Notes under the pieces: generated by a model
What the model saw: only the letters and a program-made list of their open reading frames with translations
What the model was told of the DNA's origin: nothing
The model's database searches: none
Shown here: one piece after another, positions 61,545 through 64,000 of the stretch
How the letters are laid out: every line of letters starts with the position of its first letter
Position numbering within the stretch: position 1 is the stretch's first letter
NCBI GenBank assembly: GCA_013265495.1
Contig: MU061578.1
Location: forward strand, 3,669,308-3,733,307
DNA from: Vicugna vicugna
Lineage: Eukaryota
Length of the DNA: 64,000 nucleotides
Direction: 5' to 3'
Translations under genes and position numbers: made by a program

Positions 61545-61940
61545 GTGTTAGTTGGTGTCCTGGGGCTGCTGTACAAATGTTCACACTATGTGAACTTAAA
61601 ACAGCAGGAAGTTACCCTGTTTCAGTCTGGAGTCTGGAAATCAAAATCAAGAAGTGGGCAATCCCTCCCTCTCTCCGGAGGCTCCAGGGAACCTCTTCCT
61701 GCTCATCCAGCTCCTGGTAGTCCCAGATGTCCTTGGCTTGTGGTCACATCCCTCCAGCCTTTGCCTGATCATCACCTGGACCCTGCCCTCTCCTGTCTCC
61801 TTATCTCTAAGGACACTAGTTTTTTTTATTTGTGCTCACTCAACCCAGTCCATCCTCACCGTGACTTATTCACACCTGCAAACAGGCTCACAGCTGAGGG
61901 TCCTGGTGGACATGAATTTGTGGGGGACACTATTCTGACC
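61545..61940 (-). mobile_element. MaLR LTR (MLT1C/D-like)
   Basis: TCCTGGGGCTGCTGTACAAAT...CTTAAAACAGCAGGAA...GGAGGCTCCAGGGAA...TCCTTGGCTTGTGG...CACCTGCAAA...TGGGGGACACTATTC. Confidence 0.8.
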
Positions 61941-64000
61941 AGGACAGACATCAATTGTACAAGGAGGGGGAGCCATGTGGGGCAGCCTGGCCTGGCTCAT
62001 GCCCACCCATGGCACAAGACCCTTCTCAGAGTCCCAGCCACTCCTCTGTAAGGTGGGGCCAGCTGCCCTTGGGAGTCCCTCAGCCAGCACTCCTGTGCTG
62101 TGTGTCCTAGTTGGAAGCAGCTATCTGTCCTTGGAGGGTGTGCTGGTGGTAGGCCCCAAGGGACAGAGACAAAGTGCTGGGTGGGGCAGAGAGTCAGTGC
62201 CCAGTGCTGGTTCAGGGGGCAGAAAAGGGGTTCCCCAGGTTGGCCTCTGGTTTGAAGTCTCAGTCTCTTTTTTCTGTGGCCATGGACGGCCCAGGAAATA
62301 GGCAGCCAGGCCAGGTGGAGCAGAGCCAGACACCTGCTAGAAACACCCCAGGCAGGGGGGAGACCCCTTGACAAATGTTCACAACTGGCCTGGACCACTC
62401 TGGGCACCCCTCTCTTGGAATTGGAGTGGACAGTGGGGACAGGCTCACAGGTCAGGGGTATTGGGGTCTCGAGGGAAGGGAGCAGCATAGGGCAGGGCCC
62501 GGCTGAGTCTGGGCAGGGGTTGGGGGGTGGGTTCCCTGGGCTACTCACTGCTGCCCACTCGGGTGGCTGGGAGTAATGACACACCCTGCCCCAGGGACCT
62601 TCGACGAAGCACCTGTTCTGGTCTGCATGGCTGGCCCTGCAGTGTCGGTGGGTGTGACCACAAGGCAGGGCCCATTCTTGGCTCTGCCCACAGGCTGGCC
62701 ACAGGGGCCCTGGCCTCTGCTGCCACAGGCCTGAGCACCCCGGATGCCAGTCCCGGCCCAGGGTAACCCCAAAGCTGAGCAGATGAGGATGAGGTGCCCC
62801 TGGTACCTCTGGGACCTGCCCTTGGCAGGCTAGGCTGGGCCATAGGGGGCACACCTGCTCCAGGGTGGGGGTGGGGGGCTTCCGGGCCTGCAGCTGTTGG
62901 TCCTTAGGACAGACATGGCCTCCCCAGCAACAGCTGGGCCGGAGGCTAGAGAGCCAGGAGAGCCCAGAGCCCAGGCTGCTCCCGCCCAGGGATCGGTTAC
63001 GGTGGCTGCAGATGCTTGGGGGAGGACAGGGAAAGGCGAAGAAGGGGTGGTGAAGGGGGGCGGGAAGAGAGCACAGGGCTGACCTCCGACAATCCCCCCA
63101 TCCCCCACACTCCCCTGGGTGGGAGGCCTCATGTACATGACCACCCAACCCCCACAGCCCAAGAGTCCTGCTGTTCACAGGGAACTGCCTCTTGGTCTCC
63201 CTTGGTCTGGGTCTGATTCTCTGTTCAGTGGCAGACCCCAGCCTCAGATGCAGGAAAACTGCCTCCCATTAACTAACCCCCTGGGCAATGCATAGCAACA
63301 CCCAGAAGCGGCCCCCATCCCCACCAAGGATGATGGCCACACACCAGCATCCTGGGGCTGAGTGAATCTGGGGAGGTCAGGAGGCAAGATGCAAGATGTG
63401 CAGCCTTGGTGAGAGACATCCCAGGGGGTGGGGGCCAGGAGGGGGCTTCCCTGTGTGGGCACAGCTGGGCCCCATGGCATAAAGCAGGAGTCAGCAGGGC
63501 CAGTGTGGTGAAGCGCTGATCACCATCTCGTAAGTCACTTCCATGGGTGCCTGTCTTGCTTCCCACAGTCTGAGATTTAGGGAGTCAGGGCAGCACCCCA
63601 CTCTGAGCAGGGGGCTTCACCCCAGATGTCAAGCACCGGCCAACAGGCTCCCGACGGGGCTGGACGCTTCTCTCCCAGCCATGCTGGCCCTGAGGTCCCT
63701 GTCATGACCATGGGCCAGGGCCTCCCACTTGCCGCTGGGCCACAGAGGGACGATGCCTCAGACTCCTTCCTTCTGGTCCAGGTGGCGAGGTGGTCAGACT
63801 CTTGCTCCAATGTCTCTATTACTTTTTTTGTTGAAAAGTGGGTCTGCAGACCCCCAAGCTTCACTCCAGCAGTGGGGACATGTCTACCTCACCAAAGGCC
63901 CAGGGGTCTGCACAACCTGGCCTGCCTGGTGCCCCTGGCTTCTCTGGGCACTGGGGCTGTCTGCCTGCCTGCCTGGCTGCAGTCCCTGACAGCCAGTTCA

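Noticed and set aside
61997..63178. Longest ORF in the track (393 aa, minus strand)
   Set aside because: Non-ATG start, P/G/S/C/W-rich composition typical of random GC-rich DNA, no recognisable domain or exon structure.
7800..64000. A second protein-coding gene or a novel multi-gene system
   Set aside because: No spliceable exon chain, recognisable domain or foreign-composition insert found by eye. Small exons or lncRNAs cannot be excluded without RNA data.

Overview
Mammalian genomic DNA, GC-rich, probably from a camelid, judged from four tRNA-Ala-derived Vic-1-like SINEs. The only protein-coding gene I can support is SOX8 (SoxE HMG-box factor): + strand, three coding exons join(2967..3388,4569..4798,5504..6243), 463 aa, all introns GT-AG. 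It has a CpG-island promoter and a 3'UTR of about 1.5 kb. Upstream are a solo ERV1-type LTR and a possible first exon of a divergent lncRNA (position matches CEROX1 in human and mouse). The remaining ~56 kb has no recognisable coding exon. It contains old MLT1/MaLR LTRs, L1, L2 and MIR fragments, plus several repeat-free, motif-dense islands that look like developmental enhancers. From recalled human synteny (LMF1-SOX8-SSTR5) this is the SOX8-SSTR5 intergenic interval. The rest of the ORF track looks like GC-rich noise or repeat remnants. I found no evidence for a novel multi-gene system; the best leads are regulatory (a SoxE dimer palindrome, an orphan CCAAT/TATA promoter, a GGATTA homeodomain cluster, alternative polyadenylation around a miR-124 site). 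Repeat family names are by eye, repeat boundaries are approximate, and no alignments or searches were run.
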